Below are positions 55,078 through 64,000 of a stretch of DNA of 64,000 bases, one piece after another. Below the pieces are notes generated by a model that worked only from the letters and a program-made list of their open reading frames with translations, made no database searches and was not told the DNA's origin. Both the position numbers and the translations under genes were made by a program. How positions within the stretch are numbered: position 1 is the stretch's first letter; each line of letters opens with the position of its first letter. This stretch comes from a virus: the IMG/VR virus record IMGVR_UViG_3300005095_000072, positions 54,426-118,425 of that record; one strand, written 5' to 3'.

Positions 55078-55464
55078 ATGATAGATTCAAGCTTACCTAG
55101 TCAATTTAAAGAAATATACAACCAAGAGAATTATCTACCTGTTGTTAATGGCATTACAGATATTAACAATTCTCAATTCATAAAAGATTTAATGGAATTA
55201 CCTTTTAAATTAGTAACAGTTGAAATGAGAGAGCTTGATGAGTTAGCACTTATTTATTTAGGAAGTGAACAATTATGGTGGGTAATTTCTTATTTTAATA
55301 AAGTAGTAGAACCTATAGATTTTATAAAAGACTATACAAATGTTAAGATACCTTATAGTGCAGAACTAGAAGAGTTAATGTTATTATATATCAATGAAGA
55401 AAAAAGTTTATATATAAATGATAAATATAATGAAGATTTAGATGAAGGTTTAGAGTATGTATAG
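55078..55464 (+). CDS. baseplate wedge protein (gp53/LysM-like)
   Basis: LDELALIYLGSEQLWWVISYFN...P...VKIP. Confidence 0.7.
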   Translation: MIDSSLPSQFKEIYNQENYLPVVNGITDINNSQFIKDLMELPFKLVTVEMRELDELALIYLGSEQLWWVISYFNKVVEPIDFIKDYTNVKIPYSAELEELMLLYINEEKSLYINDKYNEDLDEGLEYV

Positions 55465-56515
55465 CTTAGGTGGTAAAGGTTATATAGATATTAAAATTGA
55501 TAATTTCTTTACTAACACTTTTACTTTTAATTATTTTAAAGCGAACTCTTATGCGGATTTAAGATTACCTATTGCTGAGGTTTCTATAAACACTACAACT
55601 TTAAAACCTATTGCAGGTATTAAAAAGAACAATACAAAAATAGTTATTAGTTATGGAAGAGATACAACTAATAATGAAACATACAACTATTTAATAAAAG
55701 ACTTTTTAGTGAAGCAAGATAAAAATAAATATAATGTTATTTTGTATTTAGTAGCTGATTATTCTAATATATTGTATAACTTCAAACAAGATATATATGA
55801 CACTTTAACATCTGATTTAGTTCTAAAAGCTTTAAGCATAAATAAATCTATTGATTATATTGGAGCAGACCAACAAATATGGATTAGACATTTTCAGTCT
55901 GATTATGAATGGATAAGAAGAGTATTGAAAAATAGCTATATAGCTAACTCTTTGGCTATAGGAGCTTACAGTAATAAAACTAAGTTAATTGTAAAAGATA
56001 TTAAGAAAGAACTTGATAAGTCTGAAAAACATACTTTTAGTAACACTTCCAAAGAGGGTGTAGATTATATATTCGACAGTTATCAAATAGAATCTAATTT
56101 TGCTTTAGCAGGTGATTTAGTAACTAATGGTAAAGAGTACACTTTCTTAAATTTAGTAGATAGTGAGTATTACAGCTATAAAGCTGATAGTATATATGAT
56201 GAAAAAAATACAAATAACTTCAATAATGTTATATTTGATAATGATAATACTTATAAAGATTACTATAAGTCTGAAATATCTAATTTAACAACTAAGATAG
56301 ATTTCTTTTCAATGAATGTTTATGGGGAGTTAAAAAACACTTTTTTTAAAAGCTCTGAACTAGATTTATTAGATGTTGTAAGAGTAAATATCCATGAGTT
56401 CGTAGATAATATTGACTCTCAATTTTCAGGTAAATATCTAGTTACTGAGAAATCTATTTATATCTCTAAGGAAGATAACATTATAAAAAATCGTTTTAGG
56501 TTTAATAGATTATGA
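55457..56515 (+). CDS. baseplate hub protein (gp27-like)
   Basis: Position; C-terminal FSGKYLVT. Confidence 0.6.
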   Translation: MYSLGGKGYIDIKIDNFFTNTFTFNYFKANSYADLRLPIAEVSINTTTLKPIAGIKKNNTKIVISYGRDTTNNETYNYLIKDFLVKQDKNKYNVILYLVADYSNILYNFKQDIYDTLTSDLVLKALSINKSIDYIGADQQIWIRHFQSDYEWIRRVLKNSYIANSLAIGAYSNKTKLIVKDIKKELDKSEKHTFSNTSKEGVDYIFDSYQIESNFALAGDLVTNGKEYTFLNLVDSEYYSYKADSIYDEKNTNNFNNVIFDNDNTYKDYYKSEISNLTTKIDFFSMNVYGELKNTFFKSSELDLLDVVRVNIHEFVDNIDSQFSGKYLVTEKSIYISKEDNIIKNRFRFNRL

Positions 56516-56826
56516 ATAATATAGTATTAAAGAACTATTTTGATAGTAAATCATTAAAAGGCAAAGATTGGATAGGAATTGTCGTTGCTGTTAATGACCC
56601 TAAGAAAGATTTTAGAGTCAAAGTGCAAATAGATAATTTAACAGATAAAATTGATAAGAAGTTCTTGCCGTGGTATGTAGTTCCCCATCAAGCGGGGGAT
56701 ATGGGAAATGCACAAGGAAAGAAACCACCTGTTAATTCAAGAGTTATAGTTTCATTTTATACTGATGATATTTATAACGGATATGTGAAAGAGGTAATAC
56801 CTAGTATTGTACCTGTAAAAGCTTAA
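56512..56826 (+). CDS. spike (gp5/gpV) N-terminal OB-fold, stand-alone
   Basis: WIGIVVAVNDP...RVKVQI...LPW...PPVNSRVIVSF..D. Confidence 0.8.
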   Translation: MNNIVLKNYFDSKSLKGKDWIGIVVAVNDPKKDFRVKVQIDNLTDKIDKKFLPWYVVPHQAGDMGNAQGKKPPVNSRVIVSFYTDDIYNGYVKEVIPSIVPVKA

Positions 56827-56836
56827 GGAGAGATAA

Positions 56837-58831
56837 ATGAACTTAATGGATAATAGTTATTATAATAGTAATGTTTATCACTCTAAAGGTAAAGAAGTAG
56901 GATACTTAAATTTATTAAAAGATTTGTCAGAAATAACATCTATTAATACTACAACAATAGAAGAACCTAAAGAAGTAACAACTTTAAAAAACTTTATAGA
57001 TAAATATAAATATCCTAAAGAAAATGTTAAATCTTATCTGTTAGATAGAGAAACATTATTGAAGATGAAACCTACATTAGACACTATTTTACTAAATATA
57101 CAAGATAATCTTTATTTTGTAGAAAATATTTTAGATGATTTAGTTGAAATTACAATGCTTATATATTTAAAGGAAGAACTTAATTATCATCACAGTTATA
57201 TCTATCAAAATATGATAATAGAATACACTTCTAAGACAATCTTTAGTAAAGCAAAAGAAATAGCAGAACAATCTTTGTTAATGATTGTAGATAAAAGTTT
57301 ATTAGATAGTCAAGATAGTTTAAATAAAGTTATACAAGATAGAAATTATGAAGACAATTATTTTAAATCAAATATAAATATAGCAGATATTGATTTATCT
57401 TTTTTAGATATAGTATTAAACGACACATACACTGAAGATTTGATAACAGATTCAATGCTTAGTTTATCCAACGGTTATTTTATTTTAAATCATTTAATAT
57501 CTTCTAGTATTAGTTCTAAGCAAAATAATAATGCAAGTATGCTAAGAGATAGGGTAATAGATTATCTTTCAAATGAAGCTAATCTCAGCTCATTACAAAG
57601 AGATTATTTATATCTATTGCAGTCGAGTAAAAATCAAAGCTCCTCTAAATACTTCTTAGCAGATATTGTTTTATATTTTAGGGTTATTAGAGAGATGACT
57701 TCAAGAATGTATTATTTACATCAAATTGTTTATATGAAATCTGAAAGACCTATGCTAGTAAGCATTGAAGATAGAAAAGATATTTTAATCTCAACTTATT
57801 CTACTCAAAAAGCTATTGCTAATCTCAATATGAGTATTAAGTATCAAGATATTAGTGAAGATGATATTAATTATATAAAAGAATACACTCTTGAATTTGA
57901 TGAGTTGTATCTGCAAAAAGAAACTGTAAATATAGCTAATGACACCATTAGAGCTGAAACTAATAAAGGTTTATTAAATGTTTATATAGCTAAAAATTAC
58001 ATATATGAAGATAAGATAAACTCTTTCAATTATAGGTATGAAGATTATCATCCAAATATATGGAGTGAGTTAGTTAAATTTGATAAGCTAGAATTTTATG
58101 ATTACACTTTAGAGTTTATATACTCTGATTATATTGAAAAAATAAAATCAGATTTAGTAACTTTTTCAGCTAACTTACAAAACAATTATGATAATCAAAT
58201 AAATATAGAGAACTTAAAAAATGATTATCTTTTTGATTGGGATGAAAATAATAAATCTAATTATTGTAATAGTGTTTATTTAGAAGATAATATACTTAAA
58301 TTAAATCAAGTTATAGAATTTGTTGATAGTGTTTTTTCAATTTTCAATTTATATGAAGCACCTTTTCAAACAGATATAAACAATAAAATCACAGATTTAA
58401 CAAATGCTTTGAATGATTTACCTAGTAAAGTTCTTGAAAGTGCTATCCAAGATATAACTAATCAATTAACAGAAAAGTTGAACAGTTTAATAAATATACC
58501 AGATATTCAAGCAGTTTTAGGTGATGATATTTTAGTAGATAAATATATAAACTCTTTAAAACAAACTCTAAATGATTTGTTATCTTCTATACCTAATTTA
58601 GATAGTATATTAGATGATATGAAAGCTAGTTGTAATTCTGCAGGGTTAAGTTCTAATGTAGGAACTTCAATAGACCAGATAGTAGATAATATCTTAAAAG
58701 ATGTATTATTGGATAATGAAGGATTAAGTAATGATATTTTTATAAATGGTATTATTGATGAAAATGGAAAGATAGTGAATATCAATAATTCTATAGATAT
58801 ACAACTAGGTGGAGGTTTAGAATTATGTTAG
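56837..58831 (+). CDS. large hypothetical protein within split spike locus
   Basis: 664-aa ORF, N/D/L/S/Y-rich, own RBS. Confidence 0.65.
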   Translation: MNLMDNSYYNSNVYHSKGKEVGYLNLLKDLSEITSINTTTIEEPKEVTTLKNFIDKYKYPKENVKSYLLDRETLLKMKPTLDTILLNIQDNLYFVENILDDLVEITMLIYLKEELNYHHSYIYQNMIIEYTSKTIFSKAKEIAEQSLLMIVDKSLLDSQDSLNKVIQDRNYEDNYFKSNINIADIDLSFLDIVLNDTYTEDLITDSMLSLSNGYFILNHLISSSISSKQNNNASMLRDRVIDYLSNEANLSSLQRDYLYLLQSSKNQSSSKYFLADIVLYFRVIREMTSRMYYLHQIVYMKSERPMLVSIEDRKDILISTYSTQKAIANLNMSIKYQDISEDDINYIKEYTLEFDELYLQKETVNIANDTIRAETNKGLLNVYIAKNYIYEDKINSFNYRYEDYHPNIWSELVKFDKLEFYDYTLEFIYSDYIEKIKSDLVTFSANLQNNYDNQINIENLKNDYLFDWDENNKSNYCNSVYLEDNILKLNQVIEFVDSVFSIFNLYEAPFQTDINNKITDLTNALNDLPSKVLESAIQDITNQLTEKLNSLINIPDIQAVLGDDILVDKYINSLKQTLNDLLSSIPNLDSILDDMKASCNSAGLSSNVGTSIDQIVDNILKDVLLDNEGLSNDIFINGIIDENGKIVNINNSIDIQLGGGLELC

Positions 58832-59709
58832 ATAATCTGCTTAGTAGTGTCAATTCTCATATAGAAACTAATTTCGTAAGCACTTTAAATAATAATCTAA
58901 GAACTTTAGATTTTGAAGATGATGTAATTGATAGTTTAAATGATATATCCAACTCTATTTCAGATGGATTAAGGGTAGATAGTTTTACTTCAAACGATAT
59001 ACTTGAAGCTTTGTGTTTAGATAATCTTTTAGATTTATTTGATTTACTAAAAAGACTGTTTAATTTTAGAATATTTGATGATTTATTACAATTTCTTTTA
59101 TCTTTATTAGCTATGTTACAAGCTATTTTAAATATGAAGATACAACTAAATGAAGAGTTACTATCAAAGGTGCATGATACTCAAGATAATAAAGTAGCTT
59201 TCAAAAGGTTAGATTTTAGTATAGATGATAAGGTAACCACCTCTCCCCCTAAAGTAACTAATCCTGATTATTCTTTAGATGAAGACTATCCTGACAGTTA
59301 TGGCTATGTAGATAGAGTATTGAATTGGTTTAAAGTTAATAAGAAACAAAAGACGGCTGAGGTAGTTCATCCTAGTGGCTCTTTTGTTAAGATAGATAAA
59401 GTAGGTAATTTTGTAAAGAAGATAACAGGGGCTTTTAAACAAATAGTAATGAAAGATTTTACTACAAAAGTTTTAGGTAGCTATGATTTGATTATAGATG
59501 GAAGTCAGTACATTAAAGTGAATAGTAATATACAGATTATTTCAGGTAAAAAAATAACTATGAAAGCACCTTTAATAATATTAGACACTCCTTTAACACA
59601 ATGTACTGGTAGTTTAAAAGTAGCTAAAGAAATTGATGATATGTTAGGAACTGTAACTCATCACGAGCATAGTGTTAAAGACCATTCTGTGGCAGTTAAG
59701 AGAGGTTAG
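58825..59709 (+). CDS. spike C-terminal beta-helix with helical N-terminal extension
   Basis: DYPDSYGYVD, HPSGS.VKID..GN, beta-helix repeats, apex HHEH. Confidence 0.7.
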   Translation: MLDNLLSSVNSHIETNFVSTLNNNLRTLDFEDDVIDSLNDISNSISDGLRVDSFTSNDILEALCLDNLLDLFDLLKRLFNFRIFDDLLQFLLSLLAMLQAILNMKIQLNEELLSKVHDTQDNKVAFKRLDFSIDDKVTTSPPKVTNPDYSLDEDYPDSYGYVDRVLNWFKVNKKQKTAEVVHPSGSFVKIDKVGNFVKKITGAFKQIVMKDFTTKVLGSYDLIIDGSQYIKVNSNIQIISGKKITMKAPLIILDTPLTQCTGSLKVAKEIDDMLGTVTHHEHSVKDHSVAVKRG

Positions 59710-59712
59710 AAA

Positions 59713-60093
59713 ATGACTTATGATAATATTATAATTTACTCAGATATAGCAAAGAGTAATGATAAGTCTTTATATAATTATAAATCGGTTTTGGATGCTG
59801 TAGAAAATGTTTTATATACTAGAGTAGGAGAAAGACCTCATAATAGGCTATTTGGCTCTAAGATAGAAGATTATCTATTCGATTTATGTACTGAATTAAA
59901 TGCAAGATTTATACTGTCAAATATTATCTATTCTTTAAGTGTATGGGAGAAGAGAGTAACTGTTTTACCTGAGTCAGAGGTAATAGCTGATTGTGAGAAC
60001 AGAAGGTATATAATTAATCTATACTTAAAAATAAAAGGTTTAGAAGATATAGTTAATTATTCTAAAGATTTATATTTAAAGACTAAAAAGTAA
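59713..60093 (+). CDS. baseplate gp25/GPW-like protein
   Basis: VLYTRVGERPHNRLFGS..DYLFD, WEKRV. Confidence 0.9.
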   Translation: MTYDNIIIYSDIAKSNDKSLYNYKSVLDAVENVLYTRVGERPHNRLFGSKIEDYLFDLCTELNARFILSNIIYSLSVWEKRVTVLPESEVIADCENRRYIINLYLKIKGLEDIVNYSKDLYLKTKK

Positions 60094-60102
60094 GGAAAAG
60101 AA

Positions 60103-61728
60103 GTGGCAACTGAAATAATATCATCTAATAATATATCTTTTGTCAATATTAAGCAAGATATTGATAATTTTTTAAAGAACTCTTCTAACTATCAAGACAT
60201 ACAAGATAGCTTACCTGCAAGTAATATAACTTTAATTGAAGAGTTGATGGCTAGTTTAGGAACTTATTTAGATTATAAATACACTAGAAATAGAGAAGAA
60301 ACTTATTTATCAAAAGCTTCTTTACCTAGTTCTATTTACACTATAAGTTCAGTATTTGGTTATAATATAAATAGAGTGTCTGCACCTGTTATTTTAGTTA
60401 GATACAATGATGTTCCTACTTTACCTATAAAGAACTTAGATGTTTTTGGAGAATATCAAGGTTATAAATTAATTTATTTTGGAGAAGATAAACTAATAGA
60501 AAAAGGAGACTTTTTACAACTATATATTGGAGAACCTATTAAAGAGACTGTAAAAATAGTGTTAGATGAAGAAGGTTTTTTTAGTTATAATGTAATTCCT
60601 AATACACTTCAAGCAGTAGATAAAATATTATACAAATATGGAAACACTATAAAAGAACCAACTCCAAATATAGAAGATTTTGTTGTTTTTAATGAGGTTA
60701 TACAGTTATCTAAAGATATATTTTCTTTGGAGCTTTTTATAACAGATAAAAATAATCGTTATGGTATAGATATACAAACAAATGATGAATTGTATATTGA
60801 GTATATAGAAACAGATGGGTATATTGACACTATAAACACTAAAGATATTAAGTTAAATGAAAATTTTATATATTATCAGTTATCTTCAAAAGGAACTAAA
60901 GGAGATAGTTTATCTAAAATAAAAAGATTAGCTCCTTTACTTTATTCTACAATGAGAAGAATGGTTACTAATAAAGACCATAGTTTTTTGATTAATGCTA
61001 ATAAGTATATAAAATCTTGTTATGTAGAGAGTGATAAAGGTGAACCCATAAAATATCAACTAACAATTAGTGATGCAAGTAGAACTGAAATAACTATAAA
61101 CGGGTTTACATTTGTTAGTATTGAAACTATAGCAAGTGAAATAGCAAGAGATTTATACCAACAGATAGACCATTCTTATTTAAAAGTAAATGTTAGTTAT
61201 ATTGATAATAATTTATATTTAGAAGGACTTAGTGGATTTGATGAATACACTTTTATTTTGCCTGATAATATAGAAAGCTCTATTATTAAACAACCTGTGA
61301 AACCTTTATGTTGTACTAATTTAGTATATTATATAAAATACAACACAGTTGATACGCCTATAAGTTTAACAGATTATGAAATGACTTCTATTTCTAGTTA
61401 TTGTGATATGTATAAGTTAGGGGGAGTTAGATTAATATTTGTTACAGCTCAAAAGATAAATGCTTATTTAGATATAAAAATAAGTTTATATGATAACCAA
61501 AAGCAAGAAATAATTATAGATAAAATAAAAGACTATATGAAACAATATGAATTAATTTTAGGTGTTGATTTTAGTTATACAAAAGTTTTAGCAGATATAG
61601 CAAATATTGAAGATGAAAATGGAAGACTTATCTCAAATATATACCCTAATCAAGATGAATTTAATTATAATACAGAAGATACAAAAGATAAATATTTAAA
61701 GTTCAGTTATAATATTATTTTTATTTAG
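60103..61728 (+). CDS. baseplate wedge subunit (gp6/J-like)
   Basis: ETYLSKA..SSI, GYN, Y..TDG, RMVT..D. Confidence 0.8.
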   Translation: MATEIISSNNISFVNIKQDIDNFLKNSSNYQDIQDSLPASNITLIEELMASLGTYLDYKYTRNREETYLSKASLPSSIYTISSVFGYNINRVSAPVILVRYNDVPTLPIKNLDVFGEYQGYKLIYFGEDKLIEKGDFLQLYIGEPIKETVKIVLDEEGFFSYNVIPNTLQAVDKILYKYGNTIKEPTPNIEDFVVFNEVIQLSKDIFSLELFITDKNNRYGIDIQTNDELYIEYIETDGYIDTINTKDIKLNENFIYYQLSSKGTKGDSLSKIKRLAPLLYSTMRRMVTNKDHSFLINANKYIKSCYVESDKGEPIKYQLTISDASRTEITINGFTFVSIETIASEIARDLYQQIDHSYLKVNVSYIDNNLYLEGLSGFDEYTFILPDNIESSIIKQPVKPLCCTNLVYYIKYNTVDTPISLTDYEMTSISSYCDMYKLGGVRLIFVTAQKINAYLDIKISLYDNQKQEIIIDKIKDYMKQYELILGVDFSYTKVLADIANIEDENGRLISNIYPNQDEFNYNTEDTKDKYLKFSYNIIFI

Positions 61729-61797
61729 ATAGGTATTGATAAATCTTCTAAGAGGTTATAAAAGATGTTATAGAGAAGAAAATTAAGGGCAAATGAA

Positions 61798-62640
61798 ATG
61801 GACATAAAAGAATATATACCTGAGTATCTATTAAAAGAGTATAAAGATGTATCAAGCCCAAATTTTATAGAGAACTATGAACCAAATATAATAACTATAT
61901 CTGCTGGTATATTAGAGTATTTATTTAAGAAAAATCCTAATATAAATACTTGGTCTGATGAGAACTTTGAAAATTATATTAAAGAGTTTAAAATTGATGA
62001 AGTTTTTTCTCAACCTGATTTAATTTACTCTATGAGAAACCCAAAATTATTAGAAGGGTTTTTTAAATTTAAAGGAACTAAATTAGATATCAATTTTCTT
62101 TCTAAGCTATGGAAAGATTATTTTTTAAATATAAATTCTGTGGAAAATCAATTTATATCTTCTATTACTGATTTAAACAGAGAAGAACTCTCATCAGAAG
62201 ACTGTTTATTATCTATCGATTCATTTATGAAGTTAGAGGCAAATACTATAAATGATATGCTGGATAGTGGAAATTTTGAAGAAATAATATTGTATATGCT
62301 ACAGAGCAGACTATCTAGTTGTGTAAATTATAATATTAAACCTTTTATATTAAACACTTCTGATAGTTATGATTTTTTATTAGATGATAGTAATTTATCC
62401 ACTACTGTTAAAGAAAATGCAGAGGATAAGTTATGTTATGAAGAGATATATCCTATAAAATATGGAGGAGTACCTAACTATTACTCTAAAGACACTAATT
62501 TCAAATACTCAAAAAATACAGATTTAAAATATTTGAAAACTGGTAAAGTACCTGTAAAATATTCTAAGAATACAATTTATAAATATACTAAAGGAAGAGG
62601 TATTTTTGAAGACACTTTAAAAATTAAAGTTTTATCTTAA
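61798..62640 (+). CDS. baseplate wedge subunit (gp7/I-like, putative)
   Basis: FFKFKGTK motif; position after gp6-like. Confidence 0.5.
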   Translation: MDIKEYIPEYLLKEYKDVSSPNFIENYEPNIITISAGILEYLFKKNPNINTWSDENFENYIKEFKIDEVFSQPDLIYSMRNPKLLEGFFKFKGTKLDINFLSKLWKDYFLNINSVENQFISSITDLNREELSSEDCLLSIDSFMKLEANTINDMLDSGNFEEIILYMLQSRLSSCVNYNIKPFILNTSDSYDFLLDDSNLSTTVKENAEDKLCYEEIYPIKYGGVPNYYSKDTNFKYSKNTDLKYLKTGKVPVKYSKNTIYKYTKGRGIFEDTLKIKVLS

Positions 62641-62670
62641 TATCTATAAGAATAAGAAATAGGACTTAAA

Positions 62671-63144
62671 ATGAAAGATAAATATCCTTTTAACCTACAA
62701 GGTTTTTTTAAAATATATGATTTATCTAATAAAAAACAAATATTATATGAAAGTAATTTAGTTGTAACTAAAGCTAGATATATTTTAAGAGATTTAATGT
62801 TTGAGGCTAATGAAGACATTATTATATCTAAAATAAAGTTTGGAGATAAAGGTTGTAGTGAAGAAGATAACATACTTCCTATACCTCCTATGCTTACAGA
62901 TATAGGTTTAAATGCAAATGAAAATATATATGAAAAGGTTGTAAATAAATCTATATTAGATGCTAATAAAATTGTTTATTCTGTTATACTGGAGAAAGAC
63001 GAAGCAAATATAGGTGGAAGTTTTAGTATAACAGAAGCAGGTTTATTTAACAATAGGGGTGAAATGTTTGCTAGAAAAACATTTCCTGTAGTGTCTAAAA
63101 CTCAAGATAGGGCTTATGAGTTTGAATGGACAATATTATTTTAA
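62671..63144 (+). CDS. tail collar / fibre attachment protein
   Basis: NLVVT.AR, ITEAGLF...MFARKTFPVVSK....EFEWTILF. Confidence 0.7.
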   Translation: MKDKYPFNLQGFFKIYDLSNKKQILYESNLVVTKARYILRDLMFEANEDIIISKIKFGDKGCSEEDNILPIPPMLTDIGLNANENIYEKVVNKSILDANKIVYSVILEKDEANIGGSFSITEAGLFNNRGEMFARKTFPVVSKTQDRAYEFEWTILF

Positions 63145-63155
63145 AAGGATAATAA

Positions 63156-63794
63156 ATGAGTGATATAGTTTTACCATATGAAGAACCTCAATTTATTTAT
63201 GATGGAGATGATCCTTCTCAAGAAGAGTATGTTACACCTGATGTGGCAAATAGAGCTGGTAAGCAAATACAAGAAAATGTAAAATTTCTAAAAGATATAT
63301 TAAAACAAGTATCGTCTTCTGCAAAAGATTTAGTAGATGATGAAGTTTCATCTGATTTAGTAGATGGAGATTTCGTTTATAAAAACTCTGATGGTAAGTA
63401 TTATAAAGCTATAGACGATGGAACTTTAGCTAAAAATGTAATTGGTGTATATAGAGAAGATTCAAACGGAAATAAATCTATTGTTTTAGGTGGTTTTATA
63501 CCAATGTCTGGTTTGCAGGTTGGAATGAGATACTATCTTTCTGATGAAGAGGCAGGTAAAATATCAACTGAAGGTAGTATCCCTATTGGTATAGCAATAG
63601 ATGAAAATAATTTACTATTAGATATAGACACTTCTTCTGTAGAAAAAACAGAGGGTATGGTTATCCATCCTAATGTAATAACTAAAGATTATGCTATACC
63701 TGAAGGGTATAACGCTATAAGTGCAGGACCAATAACTATAGAAGATGATGTAACTGTAACAATACCAGAAGATAGTACTTGGGTAATAGTATAA
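63156..63794 (+). CDS. tail fibre-associated protein
   Basis: VANRA..Q..EN, GLQVG.RYYLS, C-terminal IPEGYNAISAGPITI...TIP..STWVIV module. Confidence 0.6.
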   Translation: MSDIVLPYEEPQFIYDGDDPSQEEYVTPDVANRAGKQIQENVKFLKDILKQVSSSAKDLVDDEVSSDLVDGDFVYKNSDGKYYKAIDDGTLAKNVIGVYREDSNGNKSIVLGGFIPMSGLQVGMRYYLSDEEAGKISTEGSIPIGIAIDENNLLLDIDTSSVEKTEGMVIHPNVITKDYAIPEGYNAISAGPITIEDDVTVTIPEDSTWVIV

Positions 63795-63807
63795 AGGAGA
63801 TTAAAAA

Positions 63808-64000
63808 ATGAGTAAATTAGTTTTAGGAAATACAACTATAACAAATGATAGTAATAGTAGTCCTAGTAACGATATAATTATACCACCTAGTGGTATAGCT
63901 AGTCAAGAAGATATTTTAACTTTAAATAATACTATTACTGAAAAGATAAATGGATTAAATATTAGAAATAATAACGGGATTATCGAAGATTTAAATGGTA
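63808..64000 (+). CDS. probable tail fibre protein, 3' truncated
   Basis: AAGGAG RBS, ATG 63808, open to window end. Confidence 0.55.
   Translation, partial: MSKLVLGNTTITNDSNSSPSNDIIIPPSGIASQEDILTLNNTITEKINGLNIRNNNGIIEDLNG

Noticed and set aside
741-62873. All minus-strand ORFs in the ORF track
   Set aside because: They overlap well-supported plus-strand genes, show no recognisable motifs, and read as antisense shadows
1-64000. Alternative genetic code (stop reassignment)
   Set aside because: Conserved genes are full length under the standard code, and TAA, TAG and TGA all end genes at expected positions
1-64000. CRISPR array, tRNA or rRNA genes
   Set aside because: No regularly spaced repeats or cloverleaf/rRNA signatures seen; intergenic gaps are short

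Overview
A 64-kb, very AT-rich stretch of a large contractile-tailed (myovirus-type) bacteriophage genome. Every credible gene is on the + strand. The host is most likely in Campylobacterota, inferred from Campylobacter-style ThyX, NrdA and NrdB and from TTTAAG...TGnTATAAT promoters. About 1-25 kb carries nucleotide metabolism, DNA modification, replication and transcription genes: three methyltransferase-type genes, tmk, thyX, class Ia RNR with a mini-intein, DNA ligase, DnaX, and HU-like, NusG-like and sigma region-4 proteins. About 25-42 kb is the head module (terminase, portal, protease, scaffold, decoration protein, major capsid) plus Hef-type homing endonucleases. About 42-64 kb holds the neck, sheath, tube, chaperone, tape measure-lysozyme, baseplate and the start of the fibres. 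The most notable features are: (1) unrelated proteins (GNAT, ADP-ribosyltransferase-like, HAD and unknowns) sharing an N-terminal M-K-I-I-A tag, with the same or related motifs at domain junctions (including in a kinase-NUDIX fusion), which looks like a capsid-targeting/proteolytic cargo system; (2) a family A DNA polymerase in pieces inside the head operon; (3) a tail spike gene split around a 664-aa ORF; (4) a CCC-TAA +1 frameshift candidate before the tape measure gene; (5) a catalytically degenerate PurC homolog. All calls come from reading motifs by eye; no database searches were run.
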